Assembly: GCA_016931035.1 (NCBI GenBank)
Contig: JAFGFN010000140.1
Location: 1,178-65,177 of the forward strand
DNA: 64,000 nt
Source: Candidatus Sumerlaeota bacterium
GTDB taxonomy: Bacteria > Sumerlaeota > Sumerlaeia > UBA8349
Direction: 5' to 3'
Each line of letters opens with the position of its first letter. The stretch's first letter is position 1. The position numbers and the translations under genes are program-made. The notes beneath the pieces were generated by a model. It was given only the letters and a program-made list of their open reading frames with translations. It was not told where the DNA came from and did not search any database. This document shows positions 37,928 to 48,390 of the stretch, in pieces.

Positions 37928-39118
37928 TCACCGGCCTCGTCGGCGAGATCCGATGCGTTCGAGATTGAATCGCAGATAGGTCTTTTCCTGTTCGACGGTC
38001 ACGACCTGGCTCTGGGAATAGTACCCCGTCTTCTCGACGGTGATCTCGTATGTTCCGTACCCGAGTTTGAAAGTCTCGCCCGTCTTCTCTCCCGTGTAGC
38101 GTCCGTCGATATAGATCCGCGCGTCGGAGGGGTCGGACACCACCTGGAGTTTGCCTTTCCCGTGACGTTGCCTCTCGACCACGCGGAAGGACGTCTCGTC
38201 CGACGCCGACGACATGTGTCGACGAGCGGACGGCTGGATCGCCAGCGACCTGGCGCGAGCGCCCGCCGAGATCCGGATGTCGGTCCTTCGTTGTTCCTCG
38301 GGCTCGCTCTCGATCCTTTGAAGGAACATCCTCGTTCCTCCGTCGCGTCGAGGGTACGGGTCGCCGCGATCGAATTTCTCATAGATCCGGTACACCGGGC
38401 CGCGATCCGGGATGGCGACGATCTGAAGCGTCTCGCGTCCGCCCGGACCTTCGACGACGAACGAGTAGCTCCGATCGGGAATCGCGTAGGTGGCGCTCGC
38501 CTGGACATAGTTGTCGCGATCGTAGTAGTTGGGGAAGATCTGGCGAGTGACGCCCGACGGATCGGTGTCGAAGATGTAGACGTAGGCGTCGCGGGTCGCG
38601 CGGAAGTATATCTCGATCGGGTCTCCCTCGGTGTAGCGGTCGCGATCCGTCCAGATGCTGACGTGGAACCGGGGGACGGGGCGCACCGCGAGGATGCGCG
38701 AACGCGGATCGGGACGTGGCCCCGGAGCGATGCGAGAGGCGTTGGGCGCCGCGTTCCCTCTGTTGCCCACGCCGGTCGCGGGAGCCGGAACGACCTGTTT
38801 GACGCTGGACGTCCGCCCCTTCTCTCCTGGGGCGCTCGCTTCGGCCGGAGCGGATTCGGTCGCTTCGAGCGACTCTCTTTCCATTTTCAGTTTCTCGGCG
38901 GGAAGCTGCGCCTTGGGCGCGGCGCCGAGGGCCTTGCGATAGGCCGGCGTGGACTCGGGCAGAGATTCTTGCTTTCCAGGCAACGCCTGCTGCTGCGCCC
39001 AGGCCGAGGACGCGGCGAGAAGGAAAAGCGCGCCGGCGCAGATGGCCATTCCAAACCACAGGCCCCAGAGGGTCTTGCGCTCACGGGTTCTGCTTGAGAG
39101 GTTGTTTGTGCGGTTCAT
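37928..39118 (-). CDS. Secreted DUF4384-domain protein with C-terminal PEGA domain
   Basis: Start at Met50 with an AGGAGG ribosome-binding site and signal peptide. DUF4384-like IFDTDPSGVTRQIFPN. PEGA-like IYIDGRYTGEKTGETFKLGYGTYEITVEKTGY. Confidence 0.7.
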   Translation of the reverse strand: MNRTNNLSSRTRERKTLWGLWFGMAICAGALFLLAASSAWAQQQALPGKQESLPESTPAYRKALGAAPKAQLPAEKLKMERESLEATESAPAEASAPGEKGRTSSVKQVVPAPATGVGNRGNAAPNASRIAPGPRPDPRSRILAVRPVPRFHVSIWTDRDRYTEGDPIEIYFRATRDAYVYIFDTDPSGVTRQIFPNYYDRDNYVQASATYAIPDRSYSFVVEGPGGRETLQIVAIPDRGPVYRIYEKFDRGDPYPRRDGGTRMFLQRIESEPEEQRRTDIRISAGARARSLAIQPSARRHMSSASDETSFRVVERQRHGKGKLQVVSDPSDARIYIDGRYTGEKTGETFKLGYGTYEITVEKTGYYSQSQVVTVEQEKTYLRFNLERIGSRRRGR

Positions 39119-39432
39119 CGTTCGGTCCTCCTTCGTTTGCCGACGCCCGGGCCTGGCGAAATCCGGAGCGGGGCGTCTGTTCCTGAAGAATACGACACCT
39201 TGCGGGACGGGTTTGTTCCCTCCCGTTCGTATACTGCTTTCCATCGATTCGCTTCTACCAGTCAAGCAGAGAACCGCGCACGATTCAACAAGAAAGGGTC
39301 ATGGGGTTTCGCAACGCCATAGGGATCGCGTCGGGACAAGGAACTTGACCCGACCGGGCTCCGCCCCATAGGATGATGTTTGAGCCTGATGTCTGAGTTT
39401 CATCGGCGCGAGACGAACCAAGGAGTCCCCTC

Positions 39433-40587
39433 ATGCGGATCGGGATCGTTTGCTACCCTACATACGGCGGGTCGGGCGCGGCGGCCACCGAACTGGCCCG
39501 GTGCCTGGCCGCTCGGGGGCACAGCGTCCACCTGGTGTCGGCCTCGCGACCGTTTCGGATGGCCGACGACACGTTTCAGGAGAACCTGACGCTGCATGAG
39601 ATCCCGAGCGTGGACTATCCGGTCTTGAGAAGCGAGCTCTATACGCTGTCCACGGCGGTGAAGTTGGCGGAGCTCATCGAGGAAGAGAATCTCGACATCC
39701 TTCACTCGCACTACGCCGTGCCCCACGCCGTCAGCGCCATGCTGGCCCGCCAGATCTGCCCTCGCTCCCAGGCCCGGCTCGTGACCACCCTCCACGGGAC
39801 CGACATCACCCTGGTCGGGAGCAATCGCGCGTTCGCTCCCGTGGTCCGGTTGGGTCTCCAGGCTTCCGACGCGGTGATTATGGTATCGAACTGGCTGGCC
39901 GAGGAGACGCGGCGGCGCTTCGGACTTTGCGCGTCCAAGCCCTGCCGCGTGATCCACAACTTCGTCGACGGCAACCGTTTCAAGCGTCCCGAGACGCCGG
40001 TCTGTTGTCGCCGTTCCTTGGCGAAGCCGGATCAGAAGATCGTTGTGCACCTCTCGAACTTCCGGCCCGTCAAACGCGTCAACGACGTGATTCGCATCTT
40101 CCACCGCATCGTAAGCGAAGTCCCGAGCGTCTTGTTGATGGTTGGCGACGGACCGGATCGGGACGCAGCCTCGACTCTCGTTCACGAGCTCGGAATCGAG
40201 AAAAGCGTCCGGTTTCTCGGTTTGCAGAACGACATCGTATCGCTTCTGTCGGCCGCGGACCTCTTCTTGTTTCCGAGTCAGTACGAATCGTTCGGCTTGG
40301 CGGTTCTGGAGGCGATGGCGTGCGAGACGCCTGTGGTCTGCACAAGCGGAGGCGGGCTGCCCGAGGTCATGGAGGACGGCGCGACCGGCTACATGTGCGC
40401 GGTCGGAGACAACGACGAGATGGCGCGGCGGTCGGTCGAAATCCTTCTCGATTCGGCGAAGGCCCGCGACATGGGGCGAGCGGGCCGGGCTCGCGCTCTC
40501 GAGTTCTTCAACCCGGACCGAATGCTCGACGCGCACGAAGACCTTTACGAGACGATTCTCTCCACTCCCATCGCCAGCTCGTCCTGA
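39433..40587 (+). CDS. bshA: N-acetyl-alpha-D-glucosaminyl L-malate synthase BshA-like GT4 glycosyltransferase
   Basis: N-terminal hallmark MRIGIVCYPTYGGSG. Similar to BshA along its length (LDILHSHYAVPHA, TTLHGTDIT). Confidence 0.75.
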   Translation: MRIGIVCYPTYGGSGAAATELARCLAARGHSVHLVSASRPFRMADDTFQENLTLHEIPSVDYPVLRSELYTLSTAVKLAELIEEENLDILHSHYAVPHAVSAMLARQICPRSQARLVTTLHGTDITLVGSNRAFAPVVRLGLQASDAVIMVSNWLAEETRRRFGLCASKPCRVIHNFVDGNRFKRPETPVCCRRSLAKPDQKIVVHLSNFRPVKRVNDVIRIFHRIVSEVPSVLLMVGDGPDRDAASTLVHELGIEKSVRFLGLQNDIVSLLSAADLFLFPSQYESFGLAVLEAMACETPVVCTSGGGLPEVMEDGATGYMCAVGDNDEMARRSVEILLDSAKARDMGRAGRARALEFFNPDRMLDAHEDLYETILSTPIASSS

Positions 40588-40632
40588 GCTCGCTCACTCT
40601 TCTTCCCGCGAGATTCCCGTGCGAGAGGCGGG

Positions 40633-41910
40633 TCATCGTTCTTTCGGCTCGCGTCGCATGCCGACGTTGGCGATCAGGCCGAAGATAACGTAGTTGGTCA
40701 CGAGAAAAGACCCCCCGAACGAGAAAAGAGGCAAAGGCAGGCCCGTCGTCGGCAAAAGGCGGACCGACATCCCGATGTTCAAAAAGACGTGGAGAATGAA
40801 GATGCTCAGGAGTCCGACGACCAGATACTGTCCGAACGCGTCGGAAGCGACTAGGGCCACGTGCACGCATCGCCAGACGATGAGGACGTAGAGAAGCAAC
40901 AGAGCGAGACATCCCGCGAGTCCGAACTGCTCGCCCAGCGACGAGAAGATGAAGTCCGTGTGATGGGCCGGAAGGAACCGCAGCCGCGACTGCGTTCCCT
41001 GACCCCATCCCTTCCCGAACAGGCGTCCGCTCCCGAGCGCCATTTCGGCCTGCCGAATCTGCCAGTCGTCGGGATCGCGGCTCTTGGCGCTCGTCTCGGC
41101 AACCTCGGGCTGCGCGGGACCGTAGAGAATCTCCTCGACTCCCGGAGGGTTGAACGGTTTGCCGAGCGGTTCGAGGAACACCCGAATTCGGTTGAGCTGA
41201 TAGGGCTTGAGGCCTGGGACGTGGTCGGCGTTCATCAGGTAGACGAACCCTCCGAGCGCAAGGGCCGTCCCGAACGCCACCGTCGTTAGGACGACCCGCC
41301 ACGGAAGGCCGGCTACGAACAGAACGATGAACGGAAGAGGCAGGAAGACCGAAGCGGTGCCGAAGTCGGGTTGGAGAAAGACGATTGCCATGGGGAGCGC
41401 CGCGACGGCCAGAGGCACGATGCATTCCAGGATGGGTTTCCTCCATCCGCGCGCTTCGGCGATCGACTCGCGGCGCAGAGAGAGCCAGTGGGCCAGAACG
41501 ATGACCACGCCGATCTTGGCGAATTCCGAGGGCTGGAATCGGATCGAACTCGAGCCGAGAGCGATCTTGTACCAGGACGAGGCGCCTCCCGCGCGCACCG
41601 TGCTGATCCACGCCATCCCCAGGTGGGAAGCGAACACCAGCGCGGCGAGCGAGACGACCAACATCCCGTACACGATCCATCCGGGGATCTTGAGCCATCG
41701 GTAGGGAACCGCAAGCGTCAGACAGAAGACGCCTATCGCGATGCCCCACCACCGGGCTTGTTGGGGGAGGATCTTGGCGAGCTCGGGCACGTCGCGCGTC
41801 GAGCCGGCGAGAACCAGAATGCCGAAACCCGTGGCGAAGAGGACGAACATCGCCAGGAAGTAGTCGAACTGACGGGCGTGGAGACCTAGGCCTGTCGGAT
41901 GTTCTCTCAC
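40633..41910 (-). CDS. rodA: SEDS-family peptidoglycan glycosyltransferase (RodA/FtsW)
   Basis: 10-TM SEDS topology. Conserved DFIFS...GE and C-terminal PLPLFSFGGS motifs. Confidence 0.85.
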   Translation of the reverse strand: MREHPTGLGLHARQFDYFLAMFVLFATGFGILVLAGSTRDVPELAKILPQQARWWGIAIGVFCLTLAVPYRWLKIPGWIVYGMLVVSLAALVFASHLGMAWISTVRAGGASSWYKIALGSSSIRFQPSEFAKIGVVIVLAHWLSLRRESIAEARGWRKPILECIVPLAVAALPMAIVFLQPDFGTASVFLPLPFIVLFVAGLPWRVVLTTVAFGTALALGGFVYLMNADHVPGLKPYQLNRIRVFLEPLGKPFNPPGVEEILYGPAQPEVAETSAKSRDPDDWQIRQAEMALGSGRLFGKGWGQGTQSRLRFLPAHHTDFIFSSLGEQFGLAGCLALLLLYVLIVWRCVHVALVASDAFGQYLVVGLLSIFILHVFLNIGMSVRLLPTTGLPLPLFSFGGSFLVTNYVIFGLIANVGMRREPKER

Positions 41911-42034
41911 CGTGTCGGATCTCCGAGGGAGTCTGTCTTCAACTTCTCGCTACTCCGCCCCGAGCGGTCTTTTTCATGGACACGATCATCCTGCTGCTTC
42001 GGACGAAGTGTGCTAGGATGCGAGTTCTCTGCTT

Positions 42035-42081
42035 AGCCTGCTTCAGCAGGCTCTTTCTTTGCCCCGTGCTTTAGCGCGGGG
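42035..42081. repeat. Twin-hairpin REP-like element, copy 2 (inverted relative to copy 1)
   Basis: AGCCTGC-TTCA-GCAGGCT and CCCCGTGC-TTTA-GCGCGGGG. Lies between mreD and rodA. Confidence 0.7.
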
Positions 42082-42214
42082 TAGGCGATGCAAGAGAACG
42101 AAAGGTTGGCGCGGTTCCTGCCGCTGTTCGCAGGAAGCGTGACAACCGGGGTTCTTCCTTCTTTTTGTTCCGCTCCAAGCGCCGCCGATCTGTGCCGGTC
42201 TTCTTGCCGGTTCG

Positions 42215-42718
42215 TCAGGCGGTCCGTTCGCTCGCCAGAGGACGCCGCCGCGGCGGCGAAACGGCCCTCCGGAACGCAAGTCCGATCAATACGGCCAGTC
42301 CAGTGAACAGCATCCCCCCGAGTCCGAGATGAGGCGCCTCGCGCAAGATCATCCACGCCGCGGCGCTGTTCAATACGTGTTCTCCCACCACGAGGAGGAA
42401 CACGATCGGCGCGTCGAGCCATGGAAGGGAAAGAGAAAGCGAGTCGCTTCTGGCCAGAAGACCGGCAGCGATTCCGACCGCGCCCAGGCTGAATATCGAG
42501 ATCCCGAGGGGATCGTTCGAGACGGCCGACGCGATCGACGCTGCCGTCCATCCGGCGATCCACCCCATCCACGCCCCCTTCTTCATTCCCCAGAGCGCGA
42601 CCGTCGCCGCGACGAAATGCAGCTGCACCCACTCGCCCCATACGATCGGTCCGACGGTCGAGTCCACCGTCACGGCGGCTAGAATGGACAAGAGCAACGT
42701 GAACAAGGTGCGTTTCAT
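42215..42718 (-). CDS. mreD: Rod shape-determining protein MreD
   Basis: Small polytopic membrane protein immediately downstream of mreC. Start at Met8. Confidence 0.65.
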   Translation of the reverse strand: MKRTLFTLLLSILAAVTVDSTVGPIVWGEWVQLHFVAATVALWGMKKGAWMGWIAGWTAASIASAVSNDPLGISIFSLGAVGIAAGLLARSDSLSLSLPWLDAPIVFLLVVGEHVLNSAAAWMILREAPHLGLGGMLFTGLAVLIGLAFRRAVSPPRRRPLASERTA

Positions 42719-42763
42719 CGTGCGTCCACTTCCATCCAATATCCGGGCGCTCCGGCCGACGCG

Positions 42764-43693
42764 CTAGGGCGTCAATGGAACGGCGGGCGGCGAGAGCGCG
42801 CCCGTCGTCTCGTCCCCTTCGCCTTCGAGCGGCTCTTCCTCGTCCCACGCTTCCCAGGGGCGAGGGACGTCTCCCGGCGAACCGCCCTTTTCCAAAACCA
42901 GCACTTCCTCGATGCGGCGCATGTCCACCGTAGGCAACACGCGGGCGATCGTCTGACCGAATCGATTGCGGTCGAGCTCGCCGATCGTCCCGACCGCGAG
43001 GCCGCGCGGATAGAGCGAGCCCTTCATTCCCGACGACACGACTTCGTATCCGGGCCGAAGCTCGACCCCGGTGTCGCGAAGCACGATTTCGAGCGAGTCG
43101 GCGCGACCGGTTCCGCGCACGAGTCCCGGAGCGCGCACCGGCAGGACGAGAACGCCGATGGCCGAGCGGGGATCGCTCAGGAGCTGGACGGTCGCCGCGC
43201 CCGATCCCGACCGGGTGACGACGCCCGCCAGGCCTTCCATGTGAAGAACGGGAGCGCCCGGTCGAATTCCATCTTTCGAGCCCCGGTTGAGCAACAGGGT
43301 GTGCGGGGCGCGTCGTCCGCCGTAGGCCACGACTTCGGCCTCGACGAAATTCCATCCCGCGCTTTCGGCCAACGCGGCGGTGGCGTCCATTCGCAGGTAG
43401 CGGTTGAGCGACTCGCGCAGAAACGCGTTTTCGACCTTGAGCTGGGCGAGGCGCTGTTCGAGAACTTCGTTGCGGTCGCGGACCTGAGAGCTGTTGACGA
43501 TGAATTCGAGCCAGTCGGACATGGTTCGCGCGACCCATCCGACGGCGCGGACGACGGGCGCGACGACCTCGCCCACGCCCGCGCGCAAGACGACGGCCTG
43601 CGAAGGGCGTTTGAACTCCCACGTGAGAATCGCTCCCGGCAAGGCGATCAGAAGGAACGCCAAAGCGGCGATCTTGAGTGTCAGGTCTCTCAT
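42764..43693 (-). CDS. mreC: Rod shape-determining protein MreC
   Basis: Start at Met20 (MRDLTLKIAALAFLL). Coiled coil (LEQRLAQLKVENAFLRESL) followed by the MreC beta domain. Confidence 0.85.
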   Translation of the reverse strand: MRDLTLKIAALAFLLIALPGAILTWEFKRPSQAVVLRAGVGEVVAPVVRAVGWVARTMSDWLEFIVNSSQVRDRNEVLEQRLAQLKVENAFLRESLNRYLRMDATAALAESAGWNFVEAEVVAYGGRRAPHTLLLNRGSKDGIRPGAPVLHMEGLAGVVTRSGSGAATVQLLSDPRSAIGVLVLPVRAPGLVRGTGRADSLEIVLRDTGVELRPGYEVVSSGMKGSLYPRGLAVGTIGELDRNRFGQTIARVLPTVDMRRIEEVLVLEKGGSPGDVPRPWEAWDEEEPLEGEGDETTGALSPPAVPLTP

Positions 43694-43809
43694 CGCGCGA
43701 GTCTCGATCGTCCGACCGGGTTCCGGAACCGGATGGTCACATCTTGGCAAAGCAACAAACTGTTGGCAAGCCGGAGGCTTGTCCGGGAAGTAGCCGGGGG
43801 TAACACCTC

Positions 43810-43975
43810 AGGACGATTTCAAAGTCGTTCGACCGGAGAAGGAACGCAATTCAGAGGCAGGGTGAAGCCTGTACTCTGAACGAGTTCCGCGATCTGGAGG
43901 CAGGTTGAAGCCTGTACTCTAAACAAGTTCTGAGTACAGGCTTTAGCCTGCTTCCGTACCGGGACGCGACTTTGG
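43810..43975. mobile_element. MITE-like element of family A, copy B (TIRs CAGGACGATTTCAAAGTCG / CGACTTTGGAATTCTCCTCC)
   Basis: Two direct GCAGG(G/T)TGAAGCCTGTACTC units and one inverted unit. Lies 117 nt upstream of the mreC start. Confidence 0.65.
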
Positions 43976-44193
43976 AATTCTCCTCCCCGGATCGAGAGGC
44001 AGGTTCGCTTGACTCTTGCGGGACGATGTGTTCCCCTAGGAGAGTCGAACCCGGCCTCCCGGGATTCCTCGGCGCCGAGAGCGATCGGCTCCAATCCGTT
44101 CGTCGGGAGAACGAGGAGCGAATCCGAAGCGACGGGACGCTTTTGCCGCAAAGGCTCCGGCTTTCCTCGACTTCCACCGACGGCCCGGCGATT

Positions 44194-45630
44194 ATGAACC
44201 AGATCCCCCTCTTATTTCAATTCGCGAAATCGTCTTCTTCTCACAGCGAGTCCGCTGCCGTCATGCCGGGTCTCGTTTGGGTGTTGCCGTTCGTCGTCTT
44301 GCTGCTGGCCATCGCCATATTGCCCCTGATCCCCCGAACCGTGCATTGGTGGGAGAGAAACCGGAACAAACTCCTTGTCTCGTCGGTTCTCGCCGCGATC
44401 GCGTGCGCCTACTACGTCTTGCGCGGGTACGGCTTCCACCACGCCGATCCGGGCCTCCCGACGCTGCTTCTGGTCCTGCGCCACGCCGTCGTCGACGACT
44501 ATATCCCCTTTATCGTTCTTCTGTTCAGCCTCTACACGATCAGCGGCGGGATCAACCTCAAGGGCGACGTCCCGGCCCATCCTCTCACCAACACGATCTT
44601 TCTGGGCCTCGGCGCCCTCGGGGCGAGCTTCATCGGGACGACCGGGATGGCGATGCTCTTGATCCGCCCTCTCCTTCAGATCAACAGCGAACGCCGCCAC
44701 GTGCGCCACACGGTCGTCTTCTTCATCTTCCTGGTGTGCAACATCGGCGGATGTCTGCTTCCCATCGGCGACCCGCCCTTGTTCCTCGGGTATCTCCGGC
44801 GCGTCCCGTTCTTCTGGACGATCAGCGACCTGATTCCCGAGTGGGCCGTTTGCTCGAGCATCGTCCTGGCGATCTACTATGTTTGGGACACGATCGCCTA
44901 CCGGACCGAAAAGCGGACCGATATCCAGCTCGACGAGATCCTGCGCCGGCCGCTGCGGCTGACGGGAAAGCGGAACTTCATCCTCATCCTGGGAGTGATC
45001 GCGGCGGTCATCACCCTGGTTCCGAACAAGGAGTTTCCGGGGACGAGCTGGAAAGTGCCTCACCTCTTCCTGCGCGAAATCGTCCAGCTGGTTCTCGCGG
45101 GGATTTCTCTCTGGATCACGCCGCGCCAGGTGCGCAAAGACAACGACTTCAACTTCATCGCCATCGGCGAGGTAGCGTGTCTCTTCATCGGGATATTCAT
45201 CACGATGCAGGTTCCGATCGAGATGCTCCAGATCGTCGGCCCCAAGCTGGCCGAGGCGGGATTCACCCACCCCTGGCATTTCTTCTGGGGCACGGGTCTC
45301 CTGTCGAGCTTCCTCGACAACGCACCGACTTACGTCGTCTTCTTCTCGACCGCCACGACCCTCGCGCCGCCCGGAATGCCTCTGATGAGCGGCCTGGAGC
45401 TCGCGCCGGGCCAGTTCGGCGCCATCCCGATCCCGCTTCTCGTGGCGATTTCGTGCGGATCGGTGTTCATGGGGGCGAACACCTACATCGGCAACGGCCC
45501 CAACTTCATGGTCAAGAGCATCGCCGAGCAGTCGGGCATCAAGATGCCCAGCTTCTTCGGCTACATGCTCTATAGCGGCGCCGTCCTCCTCCCCGTCTTC
45601 GTCCTCATTACCTTCATCTTCTTTCGATAG
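44194..45630 (+). CDS. Ion transporter of the ArsB/NhaD permease superfamily
   Basis: Polytopic protein of about 480 aa. Start at Met75 of ORF 43972..45630. The start could also be Met101. Confidence 0.65.
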   Translation: MNQIPLLFQFAKSSSSHSESAAVMPGLVWVLPFVVLLLAIAILPLIPRTVHWWERNRNKLLVSSVLAAIACAYYVLRGYGFHHADPGLPTLLLVLRHAVVDDYIPFIVLLFSLYTISGGINLKGDVPAHPLTNTIFLGLGALGASFIGTTGMAMLLIRPLLQINSERRHVRHTVVFFIFLVCNIGGCLLPIGDPPLFLGYLRRVPFFWTISDLIPEWAVCSSIVLAIYYVWDTIAYRTEKRTDIQLDEILRRPLRLTGKRNFILILGVIAAVITLVPNKEFPGTSWKVPHLFLREIVQLVLAGISLWITPRQVRKDNDFNFIAIGEVACLFIGIFITMQVPIEMLQIVGPKLAEAGFTHPWHFFWGTGLLSSFLDNAPTYVVFFSTATTLAPPGMPLMSGLELAPGQFGAIPIPLLVAISCGSVFMGANTYIGNGPNFMVKSIAEQSGIKMPSFFGYMLYSGAVLLPVFVLITFIFFR

Positions 45631-45721
45631 GGCAATGGCGGCGACTTTGCGGTCTGCAATATCTTGGAAAAGACTCCGACGAGATGACTTCGCGTCGAGT
45701 GGGAAATCTCCCGCAACCCGG

Positions 45722-46597
45722 TCATCTTTTCGTCCCGAGGATCTTGAGGACCAGGTCGGCCAGGACGCCGATGAGGAGCAGCTGCAGTCCGAAGATGAAG
45801 AGGAACAGCGCCGTCACGTCCATCACTTGTCCGCCCAGGTACTTGCTCAGGAGAACGACGGCAACGCTGGCGACGACGAACAACGCGCTGGCCGGAAGGT
45901 AGACCCGGAGCGGCCGGAAGTACGTGATGGTGCGAAGAATCACCAGGATGAAATTGCTCATGTCGCGCACGGGATGGATCTTCGAGCGTCCGCGGCGCGC
46001 GGAGTATGAAATCGGCACCCATTCGACGCCCCATCCCCCCGCGAGAAGCGTCATGGTGAGCGTGGTGGTCAGAGAGAACCCGTTAGGAAAAAGCGGCCAG
46101 TAGCGATCGAGCAAATCGCGCCTCACGGCCCGCATCCCGCTGTTGAGATCGGGAATCTTCCAACCCACGGTGTAGTTCGCGAGGGGCTGCAGAAAGGCCT
46201 TTCCCAGGCGGCGGCTGAACGACGCGTGACGTTTGTAGTCGCTGCCCCGCACTCCGACGGCCATGTCGGTTTTGTCGGCGACGTCGAGCACGGCCGGCAG
46301 GTCGGACGGAGAGTACGTCCCATCGGCGTCGAGGAAGGCTACCAGCTCGAGGCGGGCGCGGGCGAAACCGCTCTTGAGCGCCGCGCCGTAGCCTCGGTTC
46401 CCCTCGTGACGGACAAGGATCGCGCCGAGTCCGCCGCGCGCGACCTCGTCGGCGCTGCCGTCGGTCGAGCCGTCGTCGACGACGACGATCTCGAATTTCC
46501 GCCCGGTCGATTCGAGCGCCTCGCGCACGGCGCGAACGGTTTCGACAATAGATTCCCGCTCGTTGTGAACGGGGATGACAACGCTGACGGCTTTCAT
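45722..46597 (-). CDS. Glycosyltransferase family 2 (DPM1/GtrB-like)
   Basis: Start at Met12 (MKAV) with an AGGAGAAACC ribosome-binding site. Motifs VVIPVHNE and DADG. C-terminal TM helices. Confidence 0.85.
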   Translation of the reverse strand: MKAVSVVIPVHNERESIVETVRAVREALESTGRKFEIVVVDDGSTDGSADEVARGGLGAILVRHEGNRGYGAALKSGFARARLELVAFLDADGTYSPSDLPAVLDVADKTDMAVGVRGSDYKRHASFSRRLGKAFLQPLANYTVGWKIPDLNSGMRAVRRDLLDRYWPLFPNGFSLTTTLTMTLLAGGWGVEWVPISYSARRGRSKIHPVRDMSNFILVILRTITYFRPLRVYLPASALFVVASVAVVLLSKYLGGQVMDVTALFLFIFGLQLLLIGVLADLVLKILGTKR

Positions 46598-46724
46598 GGT
46601 TTCTCCTTCCTGGGGAAGCGGGGCGGACAAGGTGGACGGAGTGGACTCAGTGAACCGATCCGCGCCGCCTCACTCCCGTCTCTTCATCCTTCTCTTCTCT
46701 GCCTACCGTCTACAGCCTACAGCC

Positions 46725-46757
46725 TCTTCATCCTTCATCCCTCATCCTTCATCCTTT
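46725..46757. repeat. 33-nt heptad array, copy 2 (identical to 6998..7030)
   Basis: Overlaps the last five codons (EEKDEG*) of the SPOUT gene. Embedded in a roughly 100-nt polypyrimidine tract on the plus strand. Confidence 0.8.
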
Positions 46758-47317
46758 TCTTCTCTGTTCCCTCTCAACCGATCGAGAATGATCGACGCGG
46801 CCGAGCGCACCGAAAGATGGTTCCAGTCCGTCGGCCCCATGACGGGCTCGAGGACGTAATCCGCCTCGGCCAGAATCTCGTCCACCAGGCCGTAGCCCGT
46901 TCCGAAGAGCAGGCAGACGGGTTCGTCCTCTTCGTCGATGCGACGACGCAGCGCCTCGTAGGTGGTGGTGAAAGGGAATCGCCGCGCCGACGTGACGGCG
47001 AACTTCGGATCGCGTCCCCAGAGTTTCTTGAGTGTCCGTTCGGCGGTCCCGAGGTCGGGCACCACCTCGATCAGTTCGAGCGCTTCCTTGCGGGTGATGT
47101 TGTATTCCGCGCCGAACCCCTCGGTCCAGTGGCGGATGACCTCGTGGGCGAACTCTTCCATCTCGGGAATCGAGTGCACGATGAAGTAGGGCGACACGTC
47201 GAAGGTCCGCGCGGCCCGCGCAATGTCGTGGATGTCGAGGTTGGTGAGCGACGTGGCGACCACCTGGCCGATCTTGTTGTGCACGGGAAAGTGGACGAGA
47301 GCGATCGCGAGAGGCAT
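46742..47317 (-). CDS. SPOUT-class RNA methyltransferase-like protein (191 aa)
   Basis: SpoU-like N-terminus (IALVHFPVHNKIGQVVATSLTNLDIHDIARAARTF) and C-terminus (LLFGTGYGL...LSVRSAASIIL). The long ORF 46742..48205 is a frame artefact. Confidence 0.6.
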   Translation of the reverse strand: MPLAIALVHFPVHNKIGQVVATSLTNLDIHDIARAARTFDVSPYFIVHSIPEMEEFAHEVIRHWTEGFGAEYNITRKEALELIEVVPDLGTAERTLKKLWGRDPKFAVTSARRFPFTTTYEALRRRIDEEDEPVCLLFGTGYGLVDEILAEADYVLEPVMGPTDWNHLSVRSAASIILDRLRGNREEKDEG

Positions 47318-47352
47318 AGCGCAGGTTACGACGCCCGGGCGCGGTTTGGCAA

Positions 47353-48309
47353 TCAGTTTCGTTTTCGCAACGCCACGCTCAGGCCGATCGTCCGGTCGAG
47401 GGGCGCGAGGGCCGCGAACAGGCTGCTCGGCACTCCCATGACCAAGTCCCACGCCTTCTGAAGACGCGGACGGTTCTCGATCGCATGGTCGAGTTGCAGC
47501 AGGAGCCGCAGCCAGAGGTTGCGGCGCGAGAAGTCGTCGTCGAATCGCTTCTTCGCCTGGCCGTACGGGAAGAAGTACCACACGTGGTCGCGCCGCACGT
47601 TCACGACGTCGAACCCTTCGTCGCGAAAGCGTTGAAGCGCGCGGCTGGGCAGTTCGATCCCGACGTGACCGTCGAGGTCGATCATCTGGCGCTGGTAGAA
47701 CTCGGGATCGCGCCGGACGTAGCGAAAGAGCGCCCCCTCGCTCGACGTTTCCATGTTGTGGAGCGCCAGGCCGCCCGGCTTGAGGACGCGGCGCATCTCG
47801 GCGTAGACCGCTTCCTTCTCGTCGGGCGCAACATGGCCGAGGAAGTTGAAACTGGCCAGGGCGTCGAAATAGTCGTCCGGAAACGGCAAACGCGAGGCCG
47901 AGGTCTGCGCGACGCACGAATAGACCGTCGCCGCGTTGCGCAGCGAGGCGAACGACAGGTCCGCCCCCGCCACTTCCGCGCCGTAGCGCAGAAGTTCGCC
48001 GTTCCCTCCGCCGCAACCCAGATCGAGAATGCGCCGGTGCCGCGCCGACAAGTGGCGCCGCAGGAGGGCCGTGTAGTGCATGTCGAGCGACCAGGCGATT
48101 CGAAAGGGAAGAAGAAGGCGTCCCGGGAACGTTTCGGGACGTTCCGCGTGCCGCGTTCCCGTGAACATCCCTTCGTAGAACGGATCGGCGTCTTCGAGAA
48201 AACAAGCGACCCCGTCGCGCACCGGATAGCGCCGGGCGCAGGGTTCGCAGAGCCAGGCGTCGCTTTCGCTCCGCATCGCGCCGCAGCAGGTGGGACAGAC
48301 GAGTTCCAT
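47353..48309 (-). CDS. Class I SAM-dependent methyltransferase with N-terminal zinc ribbon
   Basis: CPTCCGAM...CEPCARRY zinc ribbon. Motif I LDLGCGGG. Confidence 0.75.
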   Translation of the reverse strand: MELVCPTCCGAMRSESDAWLCEPCARRYPVRDGVACFLEDADPFYEGMFTGTRHAERPETFPGRLLLPFRIAWSLDMHYTALLRRHLSARHRRILDLGCGGGNGELLRYGAEVAGADLSFASLRNAATVYSCVAQTSASRLPFPDDYFDALASFNFLGHVAPDEKEAVYAEMRRVLKPGGLALHNMETSSEGALFRYVRRDPEFYQRQMIDLDGHVGIELPSRALQRFRDEGFDVVNVRRDHVWYFFPYGQAKKRFDDDFSRRNLWLRLLLQLDHAIENRPRLQKAWDLVMGVPSSLFAALAPLDRTIGLSVALRKRN

Positions 48310-48390
48310 GGGGTCATTTCCGGGTCGAGGGCGCGAAAAGTCAACCGGAAACGCCTGTTAGCACGTTCTGCGTCCACGCTCTCGGTGCTA

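Noticed and set aside
44030-44065. tRNA-like T-loop motif (GGGTTCGACTC on the minus strand)
   Set aside because: The flanking sequence cannot form a 5-bp T-stem, acceptor stem or anticodon arm. No other tRNA features are present.
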